Of a stretch of 64,000 bases of DNA, positions 1 to 11,959 are shown in pieces. Source of the DNA: Octopus bimaculoides (taxonomy: Eukaryota); NCBI RefSeq assembly GCF_001194135.2, contig NC_068987.1:92426023-92490022 (forward strand). The letters are read 5' to 3'. The notes beneath the pieces were generated by a model. The model saw only the letters and a list, made by a program, of their open reading frames with translations, did no database searches and was not told the origin of the DNA. The position numbers and the translations under genes were made by a program. Positions within the stretch are counted from its first letter, which is position 1, and each line of letters opens with the position of its first letter.

Positions 1-130
1 ATGCTAATAATATAAGACATCTCAACGCTTCGTTTGTTTATTTACGTTTGTCGTAATTTGAATTTAACATATGAGAGCGTCTCATAAAGCGAGATTTAAA
101 TATCTTAAATTTGCAGAGGAATTTGTAGTG

Positions 131-204
131 GGTAGTTTAGCTTAATCGATCAAAGCATCGTGACGCGTAATCACGGGGAGGTGAGGTCGAGTCCACAACT
201 AGCC
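131..204 (+). pseudogene. Degenerate tRNA-like sequence (nominal anticodon CGT/Thr; possibly derived from a Met-type tRNA)
   Basis: Hand-folded cloverleaf: acceptor GGTAGTT/AACTAGC with one G-G mismatch, D-arm GCTT...AAGC, anticodon stem CGTGA/TCACG with loop CGCGTAA, damaged T-arm GTGAG-GTCGAGT-CCAC. TTTT follows about 10 nt downstream. U33 and the TTC of the T-loop are mutated. Confidence 0.5.
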
Positions 205-471
205 ACCTACACTTTTCTCTGCAAAATAGGGGTAGTTTATCCTGTTCAGGCTATATTATTAGCATTATTCTGCGATTGAGAATATATATATATAAAGAGT
301 AGAGATGACTTTTTTGGGGTATACTTTTAATTTTGATAACAATGTTTACAGTGAGTTACAAGCTTCAAATAGCCGTTTGAAAACAGAAAAATGTATGTTT
401 TACTGGTTGCTTAATTAAGAAAAAAATTTAAATAGCAAAAAAGTATAGAAAACAATACAAAAGCATACTTG

Positions 472-562
472 TAGTAGTAGTAGTAGAAGAAGAAGAAGAA
501 GAAGAAGAAGAAGAAGAAGAAGAAGAAGAAGAAGAAGAAGAAGAAGAAGAAGAAGAAGAAGA
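472..562. repeat. (TAG)n-(AAG)n compound trinucleotide microsatellite
   Basis: Directly visible. Confidence 0.97.
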
Positions 563-637
563 GGTCCTGGGGTTGATTTGCTCGGTGCCCAGCATGGCCG
601 CAGTTAAATGACTGATACAAAAACGAAAGAAAAAAAG
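563..637 (+). mobile_element. 3' fragment of OR2-like CORE-SINE
   Basis: GGTCCTGGGGTTGATTTGCTC...CCAGCATGGCCGCAGTTAAATGACTGATACAAAA matches the 3' end of the full-length copy at 63231-63630. Confidence 0.8.
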
Positions 638-904
638 TATATATTTATACATTAATTCATATACATACATATCCATACAAAAATAGATACATATCTGTGT
701 GTTTGTCTGGATGTGTGTATGTGTGTCCCTCTTTCATTAACGACAGGTATAAGGTAAAAAAAAAAGCATATATATTCATATTTTAATTTCTGCTTTCTGG
801 TTTGCATCACCAAACACCCACCGACCCACACACATACACACACACAGACAATCATATTTACACCCACACTCATATTTACACCCACGCATACTCATATGTC
901 GAGG

Positions 905-907
<3 letters not shown>

Positions 908-970
<63 letters not shown>
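908..970. repeat. (CA)n(TA)n microsatellite
   Basis: Directly visible. Confidence 0.97.
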
Positions 971-971
<1 letters not shown>

Positions 972-1409
972 ACACCCCACTCATGTAAATCGCTGACCAG
1001 TGTTGATGATTCCATATCATTATCTAACTGATCGCTCTAGTCGTTGTCGTCGTCGTCGTGTTCTTCGTCAGCATCAGTATCAACGGCGTTGTTGCCAAGT
1101 CTATAATCACCATCAGTTGAAGATTTTCTCTGAATGAATCTTGAATGATAATGACGTCTTGTAGTGTGTTAATATACTTGAAAAAGGCATGAACCGAAAC
1201 ACTTCCCTGCTGGGAATATCCTTCATATCTCCGGGGCATTGAGCCTTGTGAAGCACGCGTTAATGACACCTACAATAATTTGATGCCGTAGAACCTCAAT
1301 GGTCTATTTGACATAAGACAGCTTGCATTCATCAACATACTTAAATTCAAACCCAAAACCTTCTTTATCAGTTAAATAAATGTGGGAGTGACACGTACAT
1401 TTACAAAAC

Positions 1410-1449
<40 letters not shown>

Positions 1450-2175
1450 NNNNNNNNNNNNNNNNNNNNNNNNNNNNNNNNNNNNNNNNNNNNNNNNNNN
1501 NNNNNNNNNNNNNNNNNNNNNNNNNNNNNNNNNNNNNNNNNNNNNNNNNNNNNNNNNNNNNNNNNNNNNNNNNNNNNNNNNNNNNNNNNNNNNNNNNNNN
1601 NNNNNNNNNNNNNNNNNNNNNNNNNNNNNNNNNNNNNNNNNNNNNNNNNNNNNNNNNNNNNNNNNNNNNNNNNNNNNNNNNNNNNNNNNNNNNNNNNNNN
1701 NNNNNNNNNNNNNNNNNNNNNNNNNNNNNNNNNNNNNNNNNNNNNNNNNNNNNNNNNNNNNNNNNNNNNNNNNNNNNNNNNNNNNNNNNNNNNNNNNNNN
1801 NNNNNNNNNNNNNNNNNNNNNNNNNNNNNNNNNNNNNNNNNNNNNNNNNNNNNNNNNNNNNNNNNNNNNNNNNNNNNNNNNNNNNNNNNNNNNNNNNNNN
1901 NNNNNNNNNNNNNNNNNNNNNNNNNNNNNNNNNNNNNNNNNNNNNNNNNNNNNNNNNNNNNNNNNNNNNNNNNNNNNNNNNNNNNNNNNNNNNNNNNNNN
2001 NNNNNNNNNNNNNNNNNNNNNNNNNNNNNNNNNNNNNNNNNNNNNNNNNNNNNNNNNNNNNNNNNNNNNNNNNNNNNNNNNNNNNNNNNNNNNNNNNNNN
2101 NNNNNNNNNNNNNNNNNNNNNNNNNNNNNNNNNNNNNNNNNNNNNNNNATATATATATATATATATATACATACA

Positions 2176-2720
2176 TACGAGGGTGAGTCAAAAAGTAATG
2201 CCATTTTATTTAGAACAGGTATAATTACCAACACAGGAACATGTATCATGCATCATAATGAAGCTGGTCCTCTGTGGATCACATCCCTACTTCTCAAAAT
2301 AGTCAACGTTTCTGTCAATAGCAATGTTCCACCTTCGAATGAGAGCATGTGTCTCTGCTCCGTAAAATTCTGTTGACTGTTCTTTGAGTGACTTCTTGAC
2401 TACAGTTTTCACTTCCTCGTCACTGGAATAATGTTTGCTTCTCAAACCCTCTTTCATAGGGCCGAAGACATGATAGTCCAATGACGAAAACTGGAGTGAA
2501 GAAGGAGCTCAAAGAACAGTCAACAGAATTTTACAGGGTAGGGATACATGCTCTCATTCGAAGATGGAACATTGCTATTGAGAGAAACGCTGACTTTGTT
2601 GAGAAGTAGGGATGTGATCCACAGAGGACCAGCTTCATTTTCCTGTATGGTGCATGTTCCTGTGTTGGTAATTATACCAGTCCTAAACAAGATGGCATTA
2701 CTTTTTGACTCACCCTCATA
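2176..2720. mobile_element. Non-autonomous mariner derivative with ~240-bp inverted arms, both made of the transposase 3' end
   Basis: TA-CGAGGGTGAGTCAAAAAGTAATGCCAT ... ATGGCATTACTTTTTGACTCACCCTCA-TA. The minus strand translates to DYHVFGPMKEGLRSKHYSSDEEVKTVVKKSLKEQSTEFYGAETHALIRRWNIAIDRNVDYFEK, a mariner transposase C-terminus. Confidence 0.92.
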
Positions 2721-2749
2721 TATATGATATTGATTTCAAATTTTGGCTT

Positions 2750-2937
2750 AGGACCAGCATTTTCGGAGAGGTCGATTACATTGACCTTAGATCTCAACTA
2801 GTACTTATTTTATCGGTTCCAAACGGATGAAAGGTAAAGTTGACCACGTCGGAATTTGAACTCAGATGGTAAGGGCGGACGAAATGCTGCTAAACATTCG
2901 TCCCCGACGTGCTAATAGTTCTGCTATGCCCACGCCA
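2750..2937 (-). mobile_element. Diverged tRNA-headed Meta-domain-type SINE
   Basis: GGATGAAAGGTAAAGTTGACCACGTCGGAATTTGAACTCAG aligns with the copies at 6788 and 37748. Confidence 0.85.
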
Positions 2938-3526
2938 TATAGTATAATATAATATGATATATAGCATGGTATATGATATGATATGATATAACAGCACTTT
3001 AACCTGTCTTGCAATATATAAGAGAAAGTAATATGTGCGTATATTTACTGAATCTTTAAAATATTGCTGTAATGTTTAATACGAAATCATGAGTTTAATT
3101 AAACCAAAGTTTTGTTCAGTATGTTTACAAAACTGATAAAGAGGTAAAAGACTTAATTCTCGAGTGAATATTTAAAAGTGACTAATTATTTGTACTGACA
3201 ATATGGATGTTGATTCATTTTCTGTGATTAATAATTTGATGAAATAATATAAATAATTTGATGAATAATTTGATGAAATAATATAAATCTACAAAACCTA
3301 AGAGACAATAGAATAAAATACTGAATTTCACAAAATATTTGAATTAATATTTCCTAATAATCTCAGTAATCATGATGAATTTTTTTCTTTAGAAAAACAA
3401 TTTACATATGATTTTTCGTCCGTCTTCAGTGAGAAAATCTTGTAAATACAAATAGTCAAATTCTGTGGTTTCGTTAGGAATAAGAGGTAAATTAATGCGA
3501 AGCAGAAAGTACTGTTTTTCGCATCT

Positions 3527-3747
3527 TACGAGACGTTGCTGAAATGATGCTGGCTTTGGGTAAAACAAAATACATGAGGATCGGTTAATTATGATTTTAT
3601 TCAACATATCCCTCTCTGAGATCCACACACTTACTGCAGCGATTCTATAGTTTTTCTAAGCCCTGTAAAAGAACTCGCAAGTTTGGGTCTCCAAGCAGGT
3701 CTGTCGCAATACCCTTAAAGCCAGGAACTTTTCAGCGCCTTCTCCTA
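3527..3747 (-). mobile_element. Short mariner-derived MITE
   Basis: Imperfect TIRs TACGAGACGTTGCTGAAATGATGCTGGCTTT / AAAGCCAGGAACTTTTCAGCGCCTTCTCCTA with TA ends. The internal minus-strand relic reads LEKL*NRCSKCVDLREGYVE*, a mariner C-terminus. Confidence 0.8.
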
Positions 3748-3795
3748 TATACAAATAAATATGACAGATTGATTTTAGTGGCGAATAAAGTTTAA

Positions 3796-3796
<1 letters not shown>

Positions 3797-3893
<97 letters not shown>

Positions 3894-3903
3894 ATATATA
3901 TAT
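3797..3903. repeat. (TA)n(TG)n(TATG)n microsatellite
   Basis: Directly visible. Confidence 0.97.
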
Positions 3904-4337
3904 AGTTTATTTATGATTTAAGCCAGATATGATATTGGCAGAAATGCATTGTTGGTAGGAAATGTTTTAGTTAGAAATATTACTATTATTCACCGATAGT
4001 GAATAATTTGTAAATGCTATAACAAGATTAATGAGACAGGATATGGGAGAATGTAAGATTGTCGGAATGTTCGAACAAAACAATGAATTTAAAATTTATT
4101 AGAATGAGATGAGACAAATTATTTATAATTATGCAGGAAATAGATATTTAAATATTCAAGATATCTTCGCGGTGTCTGAGTGCAAGTAGTTTCACAGGAT
4201 ATGTAGTATTATATCTGGTGAAATTATTTGCATGGAAACGGATTAGATTTGTGAAATATTTAAATACTTGGAATCAGAAAGCTATTATCGTCAATACATC
4301 AAGTGGTTAAAGAATATACCTTGCTCCAGCTTAAAGC

Positions 4338-4385
4338 AGTGCTCCAGCATGGCTGCAGTCAAACGACTAAAACGTTTAAAAGAGA
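4338..4385 (+). mobile_element. 3' tail fragment of OR2-like SINE
   Basis: GTGCTCCAGCATGGCTGCAGTCAAACGACTAAAAC matches the tail of 63231-63630. Confidence 0.75.
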
Positions 4386-4397
4386 AAGAGCGTTTAC

Positions 4398-4588
4398 CTT
4401 TCCGGTTTCTGTGCCTGAAGAGGAAATAACCACTCCGAAATGCATGAATTCTACAGTCTCGTTACGAGGTGCTGTGAGCTGACTCGATGGCTTTCCATCT
4501 ATTTGACTACAGCGAGAAACGTTATCCATGAAAAAGCACAGTGAATGTCTTTCATACTGGATCAAATATACCTGAAAACATATTTCGA
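4398..4588 (-). CDS. Putative internal coding exon, unknown family (paralog A): xEICFQVYLIQYERHSLCFFMDNVSRCSQIDGKPSSQLTAPRNETVEFMHFGVVISSSGTETGK
   Basis: Acceptor aatttgctaccAG, donor AAG|GTAAAC, 191 nt, and only the phase-1 frame is open. Aligns without gaps to 54034-54242, with synonymous changes at conserved codons. Confidence 0.65.
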
Positions 4589-5961
4589 CTGGTAGCAAAT
4601 TGTACTAAAAATTATATATTGTAAGGAATTACATATGTTAATATGTTATATTTGACGAGAATTTAAGGTCCGATTCCTCAATTGTGAATTTGAAGAATTT
4701 GCTCGTTGAAAGTAATTGTTACGTTTGATGTGAGGAATAAAATGAATTTCCATGATTTTATAGACAATCAAAAAGGCATAATAAGAAAGTTAGGGAAAAC
4801 ATACTTAGAGGGTCCTAAATGTCACGTAATTCCACGTTCTTTAACATTAATGATGAATGTAAGATACTGTACGTAGTTTACTACTGCAAGAATTCCAGAA
4901 AATGGTCACATAATTGTCTAGATATAGGAAAATATATGCTATTTATTTGTCATCGTTAGCTAGTGCAAAGAATAGGTTCGAAACTAGTAAACTAGGATAT
5001 ATAGTCTTAAACTAAGTATAAAGAATACAAACCGTACAATGGTAAAAAATAAAACATGAAAGCTTCTATGAAATAAGATTTAAATTTCAATCAGAGTAGA
5101 TTCTTCAATATATTAGAAATTTAAGAGTAAATCATAGTGTTTATATGCGAATAGAGTCACCTTGCTAAGTGTAGATTTAAATGAGGGCTGTGCTGAAGGC
5201 ATTTTAGAAGGATATCAAATGACCTGTACGAAAACAAATTATATGAAATGCTCAGGTATATGATACTAATCTAGACGTCAAGATGTATAAGTAAAATTAT
5301 TGAAAAAGAAAGCATTAATCCGGATCATCTCCCAGTTATTAGCTGAATGAGTACACCGTTCCTCATTTAATCATTACTGCTCTAACTTATCCCAAACAAA
5401 CTTAGCTTCTCCATATATTCTAAATTCTGTCTTGTGAAATACTTTGCTCTTTTTAGACAACCTACAATTACAAGTGTAAGCATTCAATCATTTCAATATG
5501 TTAGAAATCCTTGTTGGAAGCAGAACTTCAAAATCACTTGCAAAGCTATTGAACATTCACAATACAATTGAGACTCAATGTAGTGCTTGTCGACCCGAAA
5601 GAACAAAAGTAAGCGTAATCTACTAATCGGTGTAGATCTCTCAAATTGAACATGCTGATAGAGTAAAACTCCTGCTATACATAGGTATTACGATATATCA
5701 ATTCTCTATCACAGCAAATAAATTTATGACATCGTAGAATCCAACACTCAAATCTCATTTGGAAACGGCAGGTGTGCACTGCTGTCACCATATTTTCACT
5801 GCCACTTTTATTTCAGCAGCGCCATCAAACCGTCTGCGAAGCCTGTTCTTCACTGAACTGTAAAACGGGGAGGCACAAGGCACTAGAACTAAGCTTTGCA
5901 CGAGATTGGAGACCAGTGCCAGTGTAATTTTCTTGTGAGGTTTCTTATTGTTCTGGTGAAT

Positions 5962-6052
5962 ATGGAATCTCAACCACTAAAAAATCTTTGGTGTACTGTT
6001 ATCGTCTTCTTACTCTTGTCCAACCCGAATGATCGTGCTAGTACCTATTTCT
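5962..6052 (+). CDS. Putative first coding exon with signal-peptide-like sequence MESQPLKNLWCTVIVFLLLSNPNDRASTYF (phase-1 end)
   Basis: ATG, hydrophobic core LWCTVIVFLLLS, consensus donor T|GTGAGT. The downstream partner exon is not established. Confidence 0.45.
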
Positions 6053-6275
6053 GTGAGTACTTAAAATGCCGTGGACCACATTTAGTTCGAATGATATAGC
6101 AACATGGACAATCAATTGTACATCGGCGCTGGTTTTTGCTAAACTGTAGTGCATTCTCATTTCGGGTTACGTAAATAAAGCTCCTATTTCATTAAGCCGA
6201 CTACCGCCTAATTATACTGATTAGTGAGTCAGTTTTTCGGTGTTTCATCATGGATATAACAATATAATCTAGGAT

Positions 6276-6731
6276 AAATAACAATAATTCTAGGATGGAA
6301 TTTATAAATATTTGATACATCGCTACGCGCGTTTCCACTAATCATATGACTTTAACATCAGAGTTTGTATCCTTGTGATAGGTACAGTATCGTCTGTTCT
6401 ATCTGTAGATATCCGCTTGATCTTCATCATTGGTTCATTTCATCAAATGATACTGCATTAATGGATAAATCACAAAGGGATCTTTATCAATCTGTGATAG
6501 CTAACATACTGTGAAGGGATAAATATCCCTCTGTGATTCATCCAATATTGCAGTATCGTCTGATCAAATAAGTCAATGATGATGATCAATCGGATACCTA
6601 GGGATAATACGGACTATGCTGTACCCATCTCAAGGGGTAGGGACTCTGATTTTGAAGTCATGTGACTTGCGGAAACATGCGTAACGATGTATTAAATATT
6701 TATAAATTCCATCCTAGAATTATCGTTGTTA

Positions 6732-6732
<1 letters not shown>
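6276..6732. mobile_element. Fold-back / MITE-like element with ~200-bp imperfect inverted arms
   Basis: Left arm AATAATTCTAGGATGGAATTTATAAATATTTGATACATCG...AATCACAAAGGGA is the reverse complement of right arm TCCCTCTGTGATT...CGATGTATTAAATATTTATAAATTCCATCCTAGAATTAT. Spacer about 40 bp; no coding similarity recognised. Confidence 0.8.
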
Positions 6733-6776
<44 letters not shown>

Positions 6777-6787
6777 NNNNNNNNNNA

Positions 6788-6943
6788 TTAAATCGATTAT
6801 ATCAACCCCAGTGCGTAACTGGTACTTATTTAATCGACCCCGAAAGGATGAAAGGCAAAGTCGACCTCGGCGGAATTTGAACTCAGAACGTAGCTGGCAG
6901 ACGAAATACCGCTAAGCATTTCGCCCGGTGTGCTAACGGTTCT
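6788..6943 (-). mobile_element. tRNA-headed Meta-domain-type SINE (young copy)
   Basis: Minus strand has B-box GAGTTCAAATTCC followed by GCCGAGGTCGACTTTGCCTTTCATCCTTTCGGGGTCGAT; nearly identical to 37748-37970. Confidence 0.92.
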
Positions 6944-8135
6944 GTGTGTGTGTGTGTGTGTGTGTGTTTGTGTGTTTGTGTGTTTGTGTATAACTTAAAT
7001 AATGAGGGTAGAAATTGATATCAATCAATTAACATTAATTTAAACCTGTGGTCTAACATATTTTAAGAAATCCGAAGATTTAAAAATTATATTATAATTA
7101 ATAAAAGGAATGACCACTGAACTGGATTCCTAATATGCTAAAGACAGACGTCAAATCGCCTTACCACGAAGAGTGTGTTCTGGAGAAAAAATCTCAACAA
7201 AGATGCCAGATTATAAAAATGAGCAAGACAAATGAAAATATACGAAAAGAACCCCCCCCCCATTATCTACGTATCATGATTTCGTTATTAACACTTGCAT
7301 GATACAAAATGCAAAATGCAAATATCTGTGAATTCTCAGCGTAGTCTCTCTCTCTCTCTCTCTCTCTCTNNNNNNNNNNNNNNNNNNNNNNNNNNNNNNN
7401 NNNNNNNNNNNNNNNNNNNNNNNNNNNNNNNNNNNNNNNNNNNNNNNNNNNNNNNNNNNNNNNNNNNNNNNNNNNNNNNNNNNNNNNNNNNNNNNNNNNN
7501 NNNNNNNNNNNNNNNNNNNNNNNNNNNNNNNNNNNNNNNNNNNNNNNNNNNNNNNNNNNNNNNNNNNNNNNNNNNNNNNNNNNNNNNNNNNNNNNNNNNN
7601 NNNNNNNNNNNNNNNNNNNNNNNNNNNNNNNNNNNNNNNNNNNNNNNNNNNNNNNNNNNNNNNNNNNNNNNNNNNNNNNNNNNNNNNNNNNNNNNNNNNN
7701 NNNNNNNNNNNNNNNNNNNNNNNNNNNNNNNNNNNNNNNNNNNNNNNNNNNNNNNNNNNNNNNNNNNNNNNNNNNNNNNNNNNNNNNNNNNNNNNNNNNN
7801 NNNNNNNNNNNNNNNNNNNNNNNNNNNNNNNNNNNNNNNNNNNNNNNNNNNNNNNNNNNNNNNNNNNNNNNNNNNNNNNNNNNNNNNNNNNNNNNNNNNN
7901 NNNNNNNNNNNNNNNNNNNNNNNNNNNNNNNNNNNNNNNNNNNNNNNNNNNNNNNNNNNNNNNNNNNNNNNNNNNNNNNNNNNNNNNNNNNNNNNNNNNN
8001 NNNNNNNNNNNNNNNNNNNNNNNNNNNNNNNNNNNNNNNNNNNNNNNNNNNNNNNNNNNNNNNNNNNNNNNNNNNNNNNNNNNNNNNNNNNNNNNNNNNN
8101 NNNNNNNNNNNNNNNNNNNNNNNNNNNNNNNNNNN

Positions 8136-8199
<64 letters not shown>

Positions 8200-9136
8200 T
8201 TCTTTACATATATATATATATTTATACAACAGAAGTTCACACTCACTGACAACACGCGCGCGCACACTTACATACATACACGCACATACACACACACACG
8301 CATCCCCACTTTCCCTCTCTCATTCACTCTACTATGGTTTTTATTTTCTCTTGTCAATACAAGTGTCATAAAGTTCCTTTTAGTTTTTCTCTCTCTGTTT
8401 GGCAATTATTTAATTAGCCAGTCTTGAATCTGACTTACCACAAACTGCCTCTTTCTCCTTTAACCTCTAATCAGCTTTCATTCCTCTCTTCCTCCAGATT
8501 TATTGATAAACATCTTTTCCCTCCTCTGTACAGAATCACTCAATCTATATCTATTTATTATCCGACTTTCTCATTGCCTTCCAGCAATTCTTATTCAACG
8601 CTTCATCAAATGGTATGAGATAAGCACTTCATCCTGTCCATTAAATAACAACTAGGCGAAATGGCAGTGAAGCAAAATGAACAAAAGCGAATGACATGAG
8701 GCGCAGTGGTGTGGTTAGAGGTGACATAGGTCTGGAGATTTGGGTGTGCGGCTGGAGTCTGGTCTGGTGATGGATAGGTCAGTGTGATAATGTCTGAATA
8801 CGTTTGGGATAGCCGAAGTGAAGAAAGCTTGGATCCACTTGGAAGCCGCCCAAGGTATTACTGTATAAGATGTAAAGAAAAGGCAGCGAGAAATTCATTA
8901 CTCTAATGACAGGTGGACACTTGTAGAGGGAATGTTCGAAGACAAAGCACCTTATTCAACCAGTGATGGCATGCGAATTATTGCAAAGACAAGTGGCAAG
9001 AGAATAATTTGAGAATAAATTATAGATGTATATATATAGGTGTATATATATAGGTATATATACGTGAATATACATACACACCCATATACACACATACATA
9101 CATATAAATATACATACATATGCGTATGTGTGAGTG

Positions 9137-9207
<71 letters not shown>

Positions 9208-9371
9208 NNNNNNNNNNNNNNNNNNNNNNNNNNNNNNNNNNNNNNNNNNNNNNNNNNNNNNNNNNNNNNNNNNNNNNNNNNNNNNNNNNNNNNNNNNNNN
9301 NNNNNNNNNNNNNNNNNNNNNNNNNNNNNNNNNNNNNNNNNNNNNNNNNNNNNNNNNNNNNNNNNNNNNNN

Positions 9372-9415
<44 letters not shown>

Positions 9416-10157
9416 GCAGGACAATCGAAATATATATACATGTATGTATATATAAAAGATATATCTGAGCATAGTTTGTTTTCCCTAACATAGATTTTCG
9501 TTAATTAAAATGTCTGTGATTTGTTGTTGACGGTTCTATAAATAGGGCTAATCGATAACTGAATGAATGCGTCTATAATCTAACATACAATCACTTTTAC
9601 TTTCGGTCTCTCACACACGCACAAATACACGTACACAGGAGTCATTTATACGCATATGAGTATGTGTGTGTGTGTTTATGGATGTATTTACTCACGCACG
9701 TACACACACATATATATGTTTACGTACGTACATTCATACGCGAATGGTAAGATATATTTATTCATATACATGTGGGTAAATTTTTTTATGTGATTATATA
9801 GAAGTATTCATATAGATATCTGCTGAGACGGCTCCAATCTCGATTCATCTCAGAAAAGTGCAGCCGGATTATCTCTCACTTTGCACATTAAAAGTATACA
9901 CATTTTTTCTTTAAATTGTTAAACATACTAAAAGCAAGAGGATACGCCATCACTGTCAAGTTGACATTTGTAGACAAAAGTCGTTTAATGATGTGTTATA
10001 CTCATCTTCTATAACAGAAACATTTTAAAGGTAACACAATGAAACATAAATTTTACATATATACCTCCGTCAGTCCGTCTACCGTCCCACTGTACGTACA
10101 TACGTATACATGTTTGTATGCATTTATGTATGTATGTTTGTATGCATTTATGTATAC

Positions 10158-10460
10158 TTGTAAGGTGCATTCCAGAAGTTTTAAGTTTTATTTGCGAGTT
10201 AAATGTATAACCTTTCTAGATTATTGCAATTTTAATATATTATTAATATATCATTACTATACATCTAGTAAGCTGACTCCCCAAATTTGAGATTCCAGAC
10301 TGAAGAACACATCTATAACTGCACTGAATGCACTTTACTGAAAAATGCTTGCCACAACTGAACTAGTTTGCAGAGTGTGGTTGGAACGTGAAGACAAGGT
10401 AGAAATTCGTTCTGCATTGAAGTGTGTGCAAATTGGTCAAAAATGTATGGCATGGATACA
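10158..10460 (+). mobile_element. Possible highly decayed mariner 5' fragment
   Basis: Relic reading KVEIRSALKCVQIG resembles a mariner transposase N-terminus. The TIR-like start is weak. Confidence 0.25.
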
Positions 10461-11959
10461 TGCGTACACAATACACACATACGTTTATTAGTATCTTGGA
10501 TTTGTTTATGAATGCTAGAATTGGTGCGGCATATTGTAGAACCCAAAGTCATATTAGGAGAACATAGTCCAAATTTCGTCAAACAGTTTGCTTTGAACGT
10601 GCGATTAATTTTCATCTTAGAAATAAGTCTTCGTGGCAAAGATCTCAAATGAAAATCACTTTAGTATATAAAAAAACTGGTCGATGAAGTAATAATTGAA
10701 TTTGAATGGACCTAATTTGTTAGTGTGTGTGTGGTGTGGTCGGTGAACGCCAATGGATGTTATAACATCTCAATGAATTTTTCCTACCATTAGGGAAAGA
10801 AGACTGTGCTTACATAGCGAATTTTAATTTATCAGATTAAATAAAATCGAACGAAATTTAAAACAACATGATGTGTTTATTTTTTTAAAGGAGAGATCTC
10901 AAGTTTAGATATCTGCAATTGTTCCTATTGGTGCCAGATATTATGCTAACATTAAGACAAAAATTCTGACGTAAACCATTTCGCGTTCAAAGCGGTATTT
11001 CATGATAGGTGAAGAAGCGTATCTTAAATATTAGTCCAATGGGATAAGAGGATACATGTGGACGTAAATGGTCGCTGAAGAGGTTAGAGATGTGTGACGA
11101 AATATTTCGGGACAATGCAGATAAGATCAAATAAAAACAGTAATAAACGAGTGAAGAACGAATACGAACATATAGTGTGTTTATTTGATAAAAAAAAAAG
11201 AAACGACCATCTCGAAATATAACAAAATCTGTTACGACACACGGTTTCACATAAAGAATCTTGCAACACAAATTCATAAACGTAAGTAGTTTTAATATTT
11301 AGATTAAATTAAAACAATTTGGTTACACTACCTACAATGCCCTATTCTAATCAATACTTCTGAAAAGATATCTATCGGATAGTGAACATCACATAACCTA
11401 GAGTATTATATGGTAATGAAAGCTTTGATAACAGAATAAATAAATAAGGAATTAAAAAAAACTGTAACTGAAAATAATAGATAAATATTATACATATTTG
11501 TAAATGCAAAAATACCAATATGCAAAGATGGGAACATCAATATGTAACTCTTTACATAAGTAAAAATTATATATACATACATACATACATACATAAATCA
11601 ACAGTAATATATTGTTCGTGATTACATATATATTTGTGCAAAAAAGGGACGATTAGCTTGGCTTAGAAATGTATAGGTGTTTATTTTATTTTTTGAACAT
11701 ACATGTATGTATAACAGTTTATAATATTCCACTTGTACATACATTCGTATGTTCAAAATAATATATTACAGATATCACTTTTAATACCATCGCTTAAAAA
11801 ATAATAGGAGTAATACTTACCATGACAAAGTTCATAAATTTTACTTCCCCAATCTTTTTAGATTGTAATCAAACAGTATGAAGAACAGTCAACACTTAGT
11901 TACATTCTTTTGTAAACCTTAAAATTCATGATAAATAAATTTCTAAACTACAAGCCACG

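Noticed and set aside
996-1290. 81-aa minus-strand ORF with an acidic/Thr tail
   Set aside because: Driven by degenerate (GTC)n/(ATC)n low complexity; no convincing donor and no recognisable motif.
3389-3628. 79-aa minus-strand ORF
   Set aside because: Starts inside the mariner MITE in a non-transposase frame and runs into flanking DNA.
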